From: an uncultured Chthonomonadaceae bacterium | GTDB lineage: Bacteria > Armatimonadota > Chthonomonadetes > Chthonomonadales > Chthonomonadaceae | Assembly (NCBI GenBank): GCA_963817895.1 | Contig: CAWFQB010000014.1 | Location: 96,001 to 160,000 of the forward strand | Length of the DNA: 64,000 nucleotides | Direction: 5' to 3' | Part shown: positions 43,314-54,582 of the stretch, piece by piece | Numbering within the stretch: position 1 is the stretch's first letter | Layout: each line of letters opens with the position of its first letter | Notes under the pieces: model-generated | Databases searched by the model: none | What the model saw: only the letters and a program-made list of their open reading frames with translations | Told to the model about the DNA's origin: nothing | Translations under genes and position numbers: made by a program

Positions 43314-44453
43314 ATGATCTCCGCACTTTCCCCATTAACCTACTTCCGCCGTAACTTAGGCAAGACGATGCCGATGGCGTTTGTGATTGTGCTGTCGGTT
43401 GCGATGGTGGCAAGCGTTGTCACGATTATTCGCAGCATTGATCTGACCGTTTTCACTCTGTACGGCTATAATCGTTTTCTGACCGGGTTGACGCCCCGCA
43501 ACGCGCTGGTGATTGACGAGAAGCAGGTCGCTAAAGTCCGTAAACTGCCGGAGATGGGAGTAATGACGCCAACGCACTCGTATACGGTGATGGTGAAAAC
43601 CATTTTCGGCAAAATGCCGTTTCCGCTGTTCGGGCTGGAAGCATCGGGACGCAATCTGCTGCTGGAACGGTGCAATGTTCATATCGCGAAGGGACGGATG
43701 CCAAAAGATGGAGAGCCGGAAGCGGTAGTTTCGGATGATGTGGCGCGTAATCTTGGGCTGAAACTTGGGGATGTGATTTCCAAACCGGAATCCGAAGATG
43801 CGTATGCCCCGCAGCCGATAAAACTGGTCGGGCTGTTGCACGGGCCGGTGTGGATTGGATTGACGAACAAAGCCTTTGTGGACGCCAATTCGCCGTTTAC
43901 GTTTGTCGGCTACATGGCGTTCGCGCCGAGCGCGGATGAACAGGCGCAACGCCGGTTAGACAGCGCGATGGAAAAGGTTGTGGACAAGAAGCTGGCGCGA
44001 GTCTGGCGGTTTGCGGGACTTGTGCGCGAAACCCGCAGCGCGTTGTCCAATCTGTATCTGATTCTGAACATCGTCACTACATTGATCGTGTGCGCGGTTG
44101 CCTTTGTGTGCGCCCTGTTGTCCAACATCTATTTTACGCAACGCCTGCCGGAAATCGCAACCCTGTCGGCTATCGGGTATGGACGCGGGCAACTGTTGCG
44201 CCGCGCGTTTGGGGAAACAGTTCTGCTGTGCGCGTTCGGCTGGATGGTGGGCGGCATTGTGACGGTCGGGTTGCTGTACACGATTTTTCTGGTAGCACTG
44301 GAACCGAAGGGGCTGCTGCTGAACCCGGTAGACGCCATCGCGTTTTTGTTCACGCTGCCAATGCCGTTTGCGATTACGACGTTTGCGATTGTGACGATCT
44401 GGCGTCGCCTGTCCATGCTTGATCCGGTTTCGATTATCGAGCGGCGGGGGTAG
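43314..44453 (+). CDS. ABC transporter permease (FtsX/MacB-like)
   Basis: N-terminal TM, periplasmic GRMP..EAVVS, QRLPEIATLSAIGY, three C-terminal TMs, LDPVSII. Confidence 0.85.
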   Translation: MISALSPLTYFRRNLGKTMPMAFVIVLSVAMVASVVTIIRSIDLTVFTLYGYNRFLTGLTPRNALVIDEKQVAKVRKLPEMGVMTPTHSYTVMVKTIFGKMPFPLFGLEASGRNLLLERCNVHIAKGRMPKDGEPEAVVSDDVARNLGLKLGDVISKPESEDAYAPQPIKLVGLLHGPVWIGLTNKAFVDANSPFTFVGYMAFAPSADEQAQRRLDSAMEKVVDKKLARVWRFAGLVRETRSALSNLYLILNIVTTLIVCAVAFVCALLSNIYFTQRLPEIATLSAIGYGRGQLLRRAFGETVLLCAFGWMVGGIVTVGLLYTIFLVALEPKGLLLNPVDAIAFLFTLPMPFAITTFAIVTIWRRLSMLDPVSIIERRG

Positions 44454-44495
44454 AAAATTTTCGATTTTCGATTTGCGAATGGTGGAGGCGCGAGA

Positions 44496-45095
44496 ATGGT
44501 AGCACATGCCAAAACGCCGTTTGTAACGCTGGAAGAGTATTTCACGCGAGAAGATGCGGCGGAAACGAAAAGCGAATACTATGATGGGGAGATTGTGGCG
44601 ATGACGGGCGCGACGCCTGCGCATGTCCGAATCACTTCCACGCTGACACGCGCGCTTGGTAATCAATTAGAGGGGCAGCCCTGTGAAGCCTTTGACAGCG
44701 ATATGCGCGTGTATGTGGAAGAGTGTAACGTGTCGTTTTATCCTGATCAAACAGTGGTTTGTGATACGCCGAGGTTTTGGGACACGCCATTAGCGACGCT
44801 GCTCAATCCGATTTTGATTATCGAAGTGTTGTCTGCGTCTACGGAGCGGACGGATCGTGGCTATAAGTTCGACTGCTACCGTACCATACCTTCGCTGGCC
44901 GCTTATGTGATGATTTCGCAATGGGAGCCGCGCATTGAGGTATTTACCCGGCAGGAGGATGGTTCGTGGCGGTTCGATGTGGCAAGTGGGTTGGACGCTT
45001 CTATGCCGTTGCCTACCATTAACTGTGTGCTGCAACTGGCGGAAGTGTATGCGCGCGTGGTCTTTTCGCCGATTATCGCGAGTTCTGAGGCATAG
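44496..45095 (+). CDS. Uma2 family (DUF820) putative endonuclease
   Basis: KSEYYDGEIVAMTGAT..H, YPD..VVC, IIEVLS.STE..DRG.KF..Y..IPSL..YV. Confidence 0.9.
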   Translation: MVAHAKTPFVTLEEYFTREDAAETKSEYYDGEIVAMTGATPAHVRITSTLTRALGNQLEGQPCEAFDSDMRVYVEECNVSFYPDQTVVCDTPRFWDTPLATLLNPILIIEVLSASTERTDRGYKFDCYRTIPSLAAYVMISQWEPRIEVFTRQEDGSWRFDVASGLDASMPLPTINCVLQLAEVYARVVFSPIIASSEA

Positions 45096-45109
45096 GAAAA
45101 GGGAGTAGT

Positions 45110-45159
45110 ACCTCACCCCAACCCCTCTCCTTGCCGCGCAACGCGCCAGGAGAGGGGCT
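45110..45159. repeat. REP-like palindrome family A
   Basis: CCCCTCTCCTTGCCGCGCAACGCGCCAGGAGAGGGG. Confidence 0.85.
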
Positions 45160-45393
45160 AATTTGTATCTGAGGTGTAGCAGACAAAATAGTCATTTTCA
45201 GGTGTTGGCCTGCTTGATGCTACTATGAAAAGGTTCATCGCAGCGAAAAATTGGGATTTGTTGCTGCGTTTTTATCTGCTTAGGGACTCTCAAGGATTAA
45301 ATTGTTCCACTTGGAGTCCGCGCAATAAATTGCGCGGCTGTGGTAACAAAGTCCGCCTGCGCGGACTGGAACGGTTATTTTGTTGAGAGTCCC

Positions 45394-47418
45394 TTAAAGT
45401 TTCGCTTGCGTGGTTTTAGCTGGCCTATGCGCTTTTATGACCCATATCTTTGCCTCGCCTTTACCGTTTCGCTGCCCACCCGTTGCGGCAAAGGCGCCAT
45501 CCGGTGAGATTGTTGCGGCGGCAACAGGGCCTTCGTGGGCGTCCAGAGTAACCGCGCCATCGCGCATATTATTGAGTATGGCTTGTCCTTCAGACAGTCC
45601 ATACATCATCGTGAAGGTATCGTAGTCTACTGCATGGCTGACTGTGTTTTCCGTGCCGGGGAATGTGATAATACTCAGGATAACGGAACCGCCCGTCTTC
45701 ATGTCTTCGATACTCCATGCGGTCATGGCAAGAACCTTTGGCTTACCATCTTTGGCTGCCTCATGCCCCCATGTGTAGAGCGTGTTCTGTTTATCAAAAT
45801 GCGTGACCGTGATTCCGTCGCTTACAGAGGTTTTTCTTGAAAATAGGGAGTGTTGGGTTTGCGTGTCCCATACCTTCAGCGTGGCATCGAGATACCCGGC
45901 GGCTACGCTTTTGCCGTCCGGCGAGATAGCCGCAGAAAGAAGTTGGTTGTCATAAGCGAATGTCATCATGCCCTGTCCGGTGGAAGCGTTCCACACCTTT
46001 ACCTTGCCGCTATTGTAGCCGGTCAGCAGATTTACCCCATCCGCAGAAATGTCCAGAGCGCAGACACCGCCTCCTTCTGAACCGGGCATGGTACGCAGTT
46101 GCTTGCCGCTAGTGGCGTCCCATGTATGAACAGTGCCGTCGCTATCTCCGGTGATGACGCGCTTGCCGTCGGGAGTAAACAGAGCGGTAGTGACAGCCGC
46201 CGTATTGCCCTTCAGCGCGCGCAGATTTTGCCCGGTAGTGACGTCCCAGACAATCGCGGTTCCGTCCGCGCTGCCTGTCACCAGTCGCTTGCTGTCCGGA
46301 GAGAAGGCGACCACATTCACAGGTTTTAAATGTCCTGTGAGAGTGCGGTCTCCACTCGTTTCTGCCGGTTTTGCGCATACGCGCAGGGCGGCGAGTGAGA
46401 GCAGGGCAAGCGCGAGCAGGGCTGAGACGGCCAGCCACGTCGTTTGCGCGCGGCGCGGTTTTACGGTATCCAGGATGTGTGTCATGCGTTCCTCCATTCC
46501 CCGGCATTGAGCCATAGCGGGGGCGATCTCGTTTGTACAAACTGTTCGCAGAATTTGCAGAAGGTGAGCCGCATAGTCCGGCCCGGTAATCCCCGAAAGC
46601 AGCACCCGGTCATCGCAGGCGCGTTCGCTTTCCAATCGCAGCCGACGGCGCAGCCACCACGCTCCAGGCTGAAACCAGCAGCAGGCGCAGGCAATCTCCG
46701 CGAACAGGTTCCATATCCAATCCCAGCGGGCGATATGCGCCTGTTCATGGCGCAGGGCGGTATCGCAAATCGCGGAATTGCCGGAGAAGAGGGTGGAAGG
46801 CAGAAGAATGACGCTCCTCCGAATTCCCCACGTTAGCGGCGTATTCAGTTTTTCACTGATTCGTATGGGTACGTTACCTAACATCGCTTGCCTGCTGTTG
46901 GCTTCAAGTTTACGCAGACGCGACAAAGCAACCATCAGGCGAATGAGGAGAACGGAGGCTCCCATTGCCCATACCGCGAACAGGAGAGATGTTGCCCTTC
47001 GCGTGTGTTCCCGGTCAGGGGCGGGAGTGAGAACAGTGGTATTGCGCGAGGCAGGGACGCTTTCGGTTGAAATAAGAGTGGCAGGCATGTTTCCGGGCTT
47101 CGGTTCTTGAAGCCTGTCTTGTTGCGAAGGCAATTCTGGTTTCGATGGCAAACTGGAAGGGTGGGGCATTTCCGGTTGTGGAACCGTCGCTTGTTCAGGG
47201 ATTGTCGCGATTTGCGAAGGCAGCAGGGGAATGGGCGGCAAGAGTCGCTGCGCGAACGGCAACACGAACAGACCGAACAGAGCCAGAACGCACATTAGAT
47301 GCCGGTAGGCTGCCGCGCTTCGACGAAACAGGCCGAGAATGAGCGCCATGAGCAGGCACAGAACCGCGCCGCGAGCGAGAAGCTCGACAACGAAAATTTC
47401 GGCTACATAGTTTTCCAC
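45394..47418 (-). CDS. BlaR1/MecR1-type M56 metallopeptidase fused to a WD40 propeller
   Basis: HEQAH (HExxH), WFQPGAWW, ERACD; GHLKPVNVVAFSPD..WD repeats. Confidence 0.88.
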   Translation of the reverse strand: MENYVAEIFVVELLARGAVLCLLMALILGLFRRSAAAYRHLMCVLALFGLFVLPFAQRLLPPIPLLPSQIATIPEQATVPQPEMPHPSSLPSKPELPSQQDRLQEPKPGNMPATLISTESVPASRNTTVLTPAPDREHTRRATSLLFAVWAMGASVLLIRLMVALSRLRKLEANSRQAMLGNVPIRISEKLNTPLTWGIRRSVILLPSTLFSGNSAICDTALRHEQAHIARWDWIWNLFAEIACACCWFQPGAWWLRRRLRLESERACDDRVLLSGITGPDYAAHLLQILRTVCTNEIAPAMAQCRGMEERMTHILDTVKPRRAQTTWLAVSALLALALLSLAALRVCAKPAETSGDRTLTGHLKPVNVVAFSPDSKRLVTGSADGTAIVWDVTTGQNLRALKGNTAAVTTALFTPDGKRVITGDSDGTVHTWDATSGKQLRTMPGSEGGGVCALDISADGVNLLTGYNSGKVKVWNASTGQGMMTFAYDNQLLSAAISPDGKSVAAGYLDATLKVWDTQTQHSLFSRKTSVSDGITVTHFDKQNTLYTWGHEAAKDGKPKVLAMTAWSIEDMKTGGSVILSIITFPGTENTVSHAVDYDTFTMMYGLSEGQAILNNMRDGAVTLDAHEGPVAAATISPDGAFAATGGQRNGKGEAKIWVIKAHRPAKTTQAKL

Positions 47419-47804
47419 TACTCGCTTCCTTTCTGACGCGCTGCGGCAATCATTGCGGCGAGACGTTCCAAATCCTCTTCGCTTAATTTCCGCTCCTCAT
47501 CGTTAAGCAGGGTATTCACGATCTGTTCCGGGCGGCCTCCGAAAAAAGTCTCCATGAGTTTGTAAAGCGCTTCTCTCGCAACCGGGGTACGCGGCTTTGT
47601 CGGATGATATATGTACTTCGCGCCGTCCTGCGTATGGGTGACATGCCCCTTCTCCTCCAAAATCCGCAGGAATGTTCGGACAGCGGAGTAACCGGGCGGG
47701 TCGGACAGTTCGGCCAGAACCTCGTTGACGGAAGCGGGGCCAAGCCGGTATAGCGCTTCTAATATCTGCCGCTCACGACGGCCAAGTTTATCGGGGAAAT
47801 CCAT
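47418..47804 (-). CDS. BlaI/MecI/CopY family repressor
   Basis: LGRRERQILEALY, YSAVRTFLRILEEKG, YIYHP, TFFGG. Confidence 0.92.
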   Translation of the reverse strand: MDFPDKLGRRERQILEALYRLGPASVNEVLAELSDPPGYSAVRTFLRILEEKGHVTHTQDGAKYIYHPTKPRTPVAREALYKLMETFFGGRPEQIVNTLLNDEERKLSEEDLERLAAMIAAARQKGSE

Positions 47805-47809
47805 AAGAG

Positions 47810-47864
47810 TGCTAATCCTTTAACAGTATGCTAACATATTAGCACATTAAAACGAGGGTGTCAA
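47810..47864 (-). promoter_or_regulatory. Sigma70-type promoter overlapped by tandem BlaI-type operators
   Basis: Minus strand TTGACA (47864-47859), 17 bp, TAATAT (47841-47836); palindrome TGCTAA-N4-TTAGCA at 47829-47844 and imperfect TGCTAA-N4-TTAACA at 47810-47825. Confidence 0.7.
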
Positions 47865-47925
47865 GGCAAGAGGAAGATTCTGAGGAATATTTTGAGGAAT
47901 ATTGTTGTGTTTTCGTGAACGTTTC

Positions 47926-48681
47926 TTAGTGTTGCGCGGTCGGGGTTTGCGGCAAATGCCATATATAGCCATTCGGCGCGTGAACTGTACTGTCACTCAA
48001 ATACTTTGCGTGTCCGTCCAGCAATGCGTATATTCCTCCGTCGCTGTGGCGTCCCGGTTTCGGCAGGCTCTCCTGCCCGCCTGACATATTCCAAATAACT
48101 GCATCGCTTTCAAACAGGGTAATAACATTGTAGGGCTCATTGATACGCGAGAGCGATATACTGGAAAGATCGCGGTTCATGGCGTAACTGTAGGGTGATG
48201 TGGCTGTTGGGCAATGCCACACTTCATCTGCTGCAGGTTTCTTCACGTAAACAGCAGTTTGGGCAGCCCACTGCGGGGCGAGTGGCAGCGTCTCGTCATA
48301 ATCCTGCGAGTACATAATAACGCTCAGGGAAATTTGCTTGAGGTTGCTCATGCAGGAGGCCATAGGCGCTTTGCCCTGTGCCTGCGTAAAAACGCGCTCG
48401 AAAACAACGCCTGCCATTCCAATAAAGATGATGCCTGCGATGCCGGAGAAAAATGCGTTTATAGAGAGAGGGCGCAGATGGTATCTACGAAATGCGGCGA
48501 ATGTCAGCCACCACAACAGAAGATTTGGAGCAATAAGAAAAAACGAGACATCCCAAAACTCATAATTGTGTTTGAGGTTGAAGTAACTGTGCAAAATCAT
48601 CCATTGCAGGATGATTGTACCTGCCACACTGCTACTCATAATTAACAGGGTGATCGGAATCGAAAGTTTTGGGGGGCGCAT
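47926..48681 (-). CDS. DUF1559-like H-X9-DG protein with N-terminal TM helices
   Basis: SCMSNLKQISLSVIMYSQDYDETLP, WHCP, SYAMN, HSDGGIYALLDGH. Confidence 0.8.
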   Translation of the reverse strand: MRPPKLSIPITLLIMSSSVAGTIILQWMILHSYFNLKHNYEFWDVSFFLIAPNLLLWWLTFAAFRRYHLRPLSINAFFSGIAGIIFIGMAGVVFERVFTQAQGKAPMASCMSNLKQISLSVIMYSQDYDETLPLAPQWAAQTAVYVKKPAADEVWHCPTATSPYSYAMNRDLSSISLSRINEPYNVITLFESDAVIWNMSGGQESLPKPGRHSDGGIYALLDGHAKYLSDSTVHAPNGYIWHLPQTPTAQH

Positions 48682-48955
48682 TGTATTCTCCGCGTGTGTC
48701 TGCTGGCGTATATTCTGATTCGCTATAGGGTTGCATATTCCTGCAAACAGACTGCATTTTTGGCGTTGGTGAAATGCAGAGAGATTTGCGCGGTGGGGTA
48801 GATAGCGGCAGGAGAATCAAGGCGGTTTCCTGTCGGCGATGAAATAAGCGCAGGTTTGTGAACATACGGCATCGTTGGAACGTCATGCGCGTAGAAGTCA
48901 GCGGCGACCTGATTACAGGCGTCAAAGCTGAATACTCTCATGAAGGAGAAGTACG

Positions 48956-49618
48956 ATGATTAGCCATTGGAACCGGAAGATGATTACAAAGCAGATTGCC
49001 ACGCGAAGCCTGCGTATTGGGACGATACTGGGTTTGTGCGCGTGTTTGAGTGGCGGGGCGTGGGCGCAGGATAAGGACAAGGACAGTCCCGAAGTTGGTA
49101 AGAAAACAGCAAGCCCCTCCGTTGGCGGGACGGAAGTGAAAGCGGACCAGAAGTTCCTGATGATGGCCGCGCAGGGCAATATCGCCGAGATTCAGATGGC
49201 GAAACTGGCGATGCAAAAGACTCCAAACAACAATCAGGTTCAGAACTACGCGCAACGCATTATCGAAGATCATACGATAGCCAACAACAAAGTCATGCAG
49301 ATTGTTCAGAAGAAGGGGCTGACGATGCCCACAACGCCGCCTGCGGACGCGATGGCGATGATGAAAAAAATGAAGGGTATGTCGAGCGGCAAGTTCGCGA
49401 AAATGTACATACAGGATATGGTCAAGGATCATACCAAAGACATCATGGACTACTCCAATGAGGCCAAACACGGTTATGACGACGACATCAAGACGTATGC
49501 CGTAACCACTCTGCCGACCCTGCAAAGCCATCTGCAACTGGCGCAAACCCTGAATAATCCGACGGCTAAGACAAATATGAACGGCAACAAGTACAAGACC
49601 GTCAAGCCGAAGATGTAG
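48956..49618 (+). CDS. Exported DUF4142 domain protein
   Basis: Signal peptide; DQKFLMMAAQGNIAEI, IEDH, MVKDH, TLPTLQSHL. Confidence 0.85.
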   Translation: MISHWNRKMITKQIATRSLRIGTILGLCACLSGGAWAQDKDKDSPEVGKKTASPSVGGTEVKADQKFLMMAAQGNIAEIQMAKLAMQKTPNNNQVQNYAQRIIEDHTIANNKVMQIVQKKGLTMPTTPPADAMAMMKKMKGMSSGKFAKMYIQDMVKDHTKDIMDYSNEAKHGYDDDIKTYAVTTLPTLQSHLQLAQTLNNPTAKTNMNGNKYKTVKPKM

Positions 49619-49642
49619 TTGTGGCTGGTGAAGTCAACAAGC

Positions 49643-49677
49643 CCCTGTAATGCAGAACGCATTGCAGGGACTTTTTA
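49643..49677 (+). terminator. Intrinsic terminator
   Basis: CCCTGTAATGC-AGAAC-GCATTGCAGGG followed by ACTTTTTA, 25 nt after the stop. Confidence 0.7.
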
Positions 49678-49743
49678 TTGTGATAGTCGAAGCGTTGAAT
49701 TGGAAGGCTGGCACACCATCAAGATAGAATAGTTGGATACGTT

Positions 49744-49844
49744 GTAGGGGTTCTGCTTGCTGAACCCTCCTCATGCAAGACACAACGGTCCGCCATTTTG
49801 GGCGCAGCAGTCCGCTATTTTGGGCGCAGCAAGCAACGCCCCTA
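49744..49844. repeat. GTAG-type REP-like pair
   Basis: GTAGGGGTTCTGCTTGCTG ... CAGCAAGCAACGCCCCTAC, with an internal ATTTTGGGCGCAGCA duplication. Confidence 0.6.
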
Positions 49845-49870
49845 CCTGACTGTTCTACCTTGACAGTGTA

Positions 49871-51297
49871 CTAAATTTTAATGGAAGCGGGTTTGCGAAG
49901 CGTGGAAAGTTCCGGCGCGTCGCGACCTATGAGCGTGTCCAGAGTCCAGTCAAGCAGGATGCGGACGCGCTGGCCCATACCGGGCATTTTGGCGAGATAG
50001 ATGACGCGCCACATCGCCCATGCCGTGATACCGGAAAATCTCATGCCGTACACTTCGGCCACGCCGCTGCGCTTGCCCACAATCGCGAGTTCGCCGATGG
50101 GCGTGTATTCAAATGGCTGTGGCGCTTCGCCGCGCAGCACGGCGACGATGTTGCGGGCCGCCTGCGCTCCCTCGCGCTGCGCGTTCTGGGCGGTGGGCGC
50201 GTAGGTTTTGTCTTCGTCCGGCATCGGCACTTCCGCGCAATCGCCCACCGCCCACACGCCCGGATGATCGGGAACCGCGCAGCAGGCGTCTACAACAATC
50301 CCTTTGTGTTTGCCGACTTTCACGCCCAATGTTTCCACAACCGGATCGGGCGTAACGCCGCCTGCCCATATCAGCGTATGCGTTTCCACTCGTTCCCCGT
50401 TTTCAAACTTGATGTAGTCTTCCCCGGCTTCGGCAAGCGTGGTGTTCAGGCGCACTTCCACGCCGCGCTGTTCCAATTTTTCCTGCGCGTAGGCCGCAAG
50501 ATCGGCGGCGGACAATTCCATCATCAGGCGGTCGGCTGTCTCGAACAGCAGAATATGAACGTCTTCCTGAAGCAGGTTGGGGTAATCGGGCAGGTGGTCG
50601 CGCACAAGGTCATTGATAGCGGCAATGGTTTCCACGCCCGTATACCCGCCGCCGCCCACAACAATGGTGAGCAGGGCGTGTCGCAGTTTCTCATCTTGTT
50701 CTGTGTTTGCGCGTTCCAGAACGGCAAGGACGCGCTTACGAATGGCGGCGGCCTCTTCCAGCGTTTTGTTGGTCAGACTGTGTTCTTTCAAACCCGGAAT
50801 GTCGTAATAGTGGGGAACCGAACCGACGGCAATCACAAGCTGATCGAAGGGCAGTGAACGTGCTGATTTGAGGCAGGCCGTTTTCACTATCGCCAACCGT
50901 AAGAGTGACGCATTTCCCGGCAAGGTCAATATTCGCGATACGGCCCTGAATAAACTCGATACGCGGAGATAGATCGCGCAGAGGGCGAACAATGTGATGC
51001 GTGTCCACTTGCCCCCCCGTAACTTCGGTCAGCATGGGCGTGAACAGGGAGTAGTTGTTTTGGTCTACAAGCGTAATCGTGGCGTCTTCATCATTGGGCA
51101 GGAGAGTGGCAAGCTGATCCGCGACGTTCGTGCCGGCAAATCCTCCGCCCAAGAATCACGATATGCTGATTGCGCTGTAGTGTTTGGTTACGCTGCTGAA
51201 TGGAAGCGCGTTTGAGCAGCGTATAGGCCGCGTAAGCCCCGGCAATGCCAATGCCTGCAAGCGCTGCTGTTGCCAGTGAGGTCAAATACTTATCCAT
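49871..51297 (-). CDS. ndh: Type II NADH dehydrogenase-like FAD/NAD oxidoreductase (frameshifted)
   Basis: ILGGGFAG, FTPMLTEV, VGGGGYTGVE, IWAGGV, WAVGDCA, PTAQNAQREG, WRVIYL. Confidence 0.85.
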
Positions 51298-51356
51298 GTT
51301 TCGAGTGGCTCATTTTGATCTCCAATTTTGTGTCTGTAATGTTCCTTTTGACGGTG

Positions 51357-52607
51357 TTATGTCAGGACTTCTTCTTCGTCGCTGCCGTGAATGAGCCAGG
51401 GTTCGGTGGGGACGCTCAGGCTGAAGCTTCCCGTCGGCAGCAGGCCGCGCCAGTTTTGAATCAGTTCGCGATAGGCTTTACCGACCGGGCGTATTTTGCG
51501 ATCCAGATCGTAAAGGCCGAGCGGATTGACGTTGCCATCGTCATAGCGCAGGGCGCTGTCCCAATCCACCTGATCGGTCAGGCTGTACCAGGTAAAGCCG
51601 ATGATAGGAACGCCGTCCTGCCGCAGCCGGAACAGGTTGGCCCACTGCTTTTGCAGCCAATCGGGGGCGCGTTCCGAATCGCCGAGATTGGTTTCCGTGT
51701 GCATGACGGGCAGACGATAGCGGGAGAAATACTGGCAGGTAATCACGTAGTACCCGAAGATTTCGCCCGCAGCGGACCAGGTTCCGTCCTGATGCACCAT
51801 GTGTTCATTAGTGTAATAGTAGTCGTTGCCCATCACGCAACTTGCTTTGACGTGGTTACGCCCGAACCAGGCATACTCTTCCCGCGTCCAGCCGTGATCT
51901 AGCAGATACTCGTACATGGTGACATTCAGCGGATAGCCGTAGGTGAGGTCGAGCGAAAGGAACCGTTTTTCGTTCAGCACTTTGCACTGATAGAGGCAAT
52001 CGGGGTGTTCGGGATGGAAATACTCGGACGACTCGCTTTGTATGAAAATGGCGTCGCGCCGGACTTCCAAAATGGCGCGCATGGCAAGCACATTGGCCTT
52101 GCACAGGTGTTTGAGCGCGGTACAGAAATCCCGGTCACTGGAAAGACACTCGTTCCACCAGCCATATTGCGCGGAGAAACGTTGCCGCAATGAATATCTC
52201 ATTGACAGGCGTGTAGTACTTTACCCAGGGGAAACGCTTTGCAAATGCGCGGGCATAATCGGCGAACAATTCGGGCCAATCGGGGTTTTGGAAGTTGCCG
52301 ATCCAATCGGGGACACCGAAATGGCAAAGGTCTACGATGGGAGAGATACGCAGTCTGTTTCAGCGCGTTGAAAGTGTCGTCGGCAAAACTCCAGTCGTAT
52401 TTGTCCGCGCCGAGGTGCGTGGTGTGCAGGGGAGGGCCATAGCGCAGAGTGCTGGATGCCCATGTCTTTGACAAGCGCGAAATCTTCTTTCCAGCGTTGG
52501 TAATGGCCGCACTTTTCCATTTCATCCACGCGCTTTGTGGTTCCGTCGGGCAGTTGAATAGTGGGATAGCTGTTTTCGATTCCGGTGGCAAACATAAACT
52601 GCGACAT
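51357..52607 (-). CDS. Glycoside hydrolase family 1-like protein (frameshifted)
   Basis: FATGIENSYP, HYQRWKEDF, LRYGPP, MHTETN, GFTWYSLTDQVDWD, GLYDLDR. Confidence 0.8.
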
Positions 52608-52801
52608 AATGCGCTCCGAAAAAATATGAAAGAATGTGATAACAAATTTCATAAGAAAGCGGCGATGAAGTGTTTATGCAACATTCATCGCCGCTATAAA
52701 AGGGTGTCGTCCCGCGTATCCTACGATCATGGCAGGGGAACCTGGAATCAACGCCTGCGTGTGAAAAGACGGGGCGCAAATGGTTTGGGTTCCCGAAAGA
52801 T

Positions 52802-54582
52802 TTATGCCGCTCGTAGTTCTATGTCCGCGTACTCTACTCGACTTGGCTTCCGCAGCATATTGAGAAAGGCGGTCACAACATCGGGGGCAAAGTGCGTTCC
52901 GGCATGCTCCTGCAAGTAGGCGCGGACGCGGTGTTCCGGCCACCCCTGGCGGTAAGGACGGTCGGAGCGCAGAGCGTCCCATACATCCACGACCGCGAAC
53001 AATCGGGCAGCAAGTGGGATATTCTCTCCTTTTAAGCCCTGTGGATAGCCCGTGCCGTCCCATTTTTCATGGTGGCAGTGGGGAATGGCAAGCGCGGAGT
53101 GAAGAAAGGCGATGGGCGACAGCATCTCGTAGGCAAGCGAGGGATGGCGGCGCATGATTTCCCATTCTGACTCGTCCAGCGGCCCCGGCTTGCGCAGGAT
53201 GTTGTCGGGAATGCCCATTTTGCCGATGTCGTGCAGCAGCGCGCCCCAGCGGATATAGACGAACTGCATCTCATCCAGTCCCATGCGCCTCGCCAATTTC
53301 ATTGTCATTTCCGTTACTCGTTCGCTGTGTCCCTCCGTTTCTTTGTCGCGCAAATCCAAAATCTGTGACCAGCCCTGTATGGTGGCGTCGTACACTTTGC
53401 GCAGGGTTTCATCCAGCGTGGGAACGGTTGTTAGAGGGAGCCGAGATAGCGGGCATCTCTCCGGTCAGTTCAAAATCGTAATCATCGGCGTGGGTGAAAC
53501 AGTTTCGGCCAAGCGTTTTGGAACGATACAGAGCCTTGTCCGCCAGCGCGATCAGTTCCGAGCAGGAGGGGATAAGGTCATTGACCGTCGCCACGCCGAA
53601 ACTTGCGGTTACGGCGCGTTCCGGCCAGTAGGCGGTTTCAATGGCGATGCGGAACCGTTCGGCGGCTTCCCGCGCTCCCGTCGCGTCAGTTTCCGGCAGA
53701 ATGGCGACAAACTCTTCACCCCCGTAGCGGGCCAAAAAATCCGTATTGCGGGCAGTTCCAAGAAAAATAGCGGCCACACGTTTGAGGACAATATCTCCTG
53801 CGGGGTGACCAAAGGTGTCGTTGTACTGCTTGAATTTGTCCACATCCAATAGAACCAGTGATAGAGGCGTATGGTAGCGCTTGCTGCGTTCAAACTCCGT
53901 CACCAGTCGTTCCTGAAAAGCGCGGTGGTTTTTCAGGTCGGTAAGGCCGTCGGTTGTGGCCTGCGTTTGCAGCAGCATGTTGGCCTGATGCAGTTTTGAA
54001 TTGGCGATGGCGAGCTCCACGCGCTGGGCTTCTAATTCAACGTAAGCGTCATTGACGCTGCGTTATTGAAAGTTCGATTTGCTCCTGAAACCAGATACGT
54101 TCGGTGATGTCTGTATGGGAACCCGCAAGATGGCAGGGCTTGCCGTCGGCATCGCGCTGCACGGCCCCGCGCAATAAAATCCAGCGATAGGTTCCATTTT
54201 TGTGCCTCAGCCGGAACTCGACATCGAAGTTAAAAGCCTGACTTTGCAGATACTCTTTAATAGAATCAAATACGCCCGTCCGGTCTTCCTCATGGATATG
54301 TTCGGTCCAGGCTTCTACGTCATTGGGAAATTCGTGGTCTTCATACCCGATGATGCTTTTGCAGCGGGCGGAGAGATAACAGGTATTCGTTACAAGGTTC
54401 CAGTCCCATAGCCCGTCCTGCGAACCACGCATTGCCAGCGTATAGCGGGCTTCGGTTTCATGCAGGGCGCTTTCCGCCTGTTTGCGCCGCGCCAATTCTG
54501 CCTGCCACTTATGCGCGGAAGGGCATACTCGTGGCCGAAGGGTTTGGACAGGCTTCTGTTGCCGAGATGAAAAACCGCGCAA
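52802..54582 (-). CDS. PAS-GGDEF-HD-GYP c-di-GMP signalling protein (frameshifts near 54050 and 53420)
   Basis: PAS/PAC (GLWDWNL, FRLRHKNGTYRW); RNTD..RYGGEEF; LHDIGK, HHEKWDGTGYP. Confidence 0.85.
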
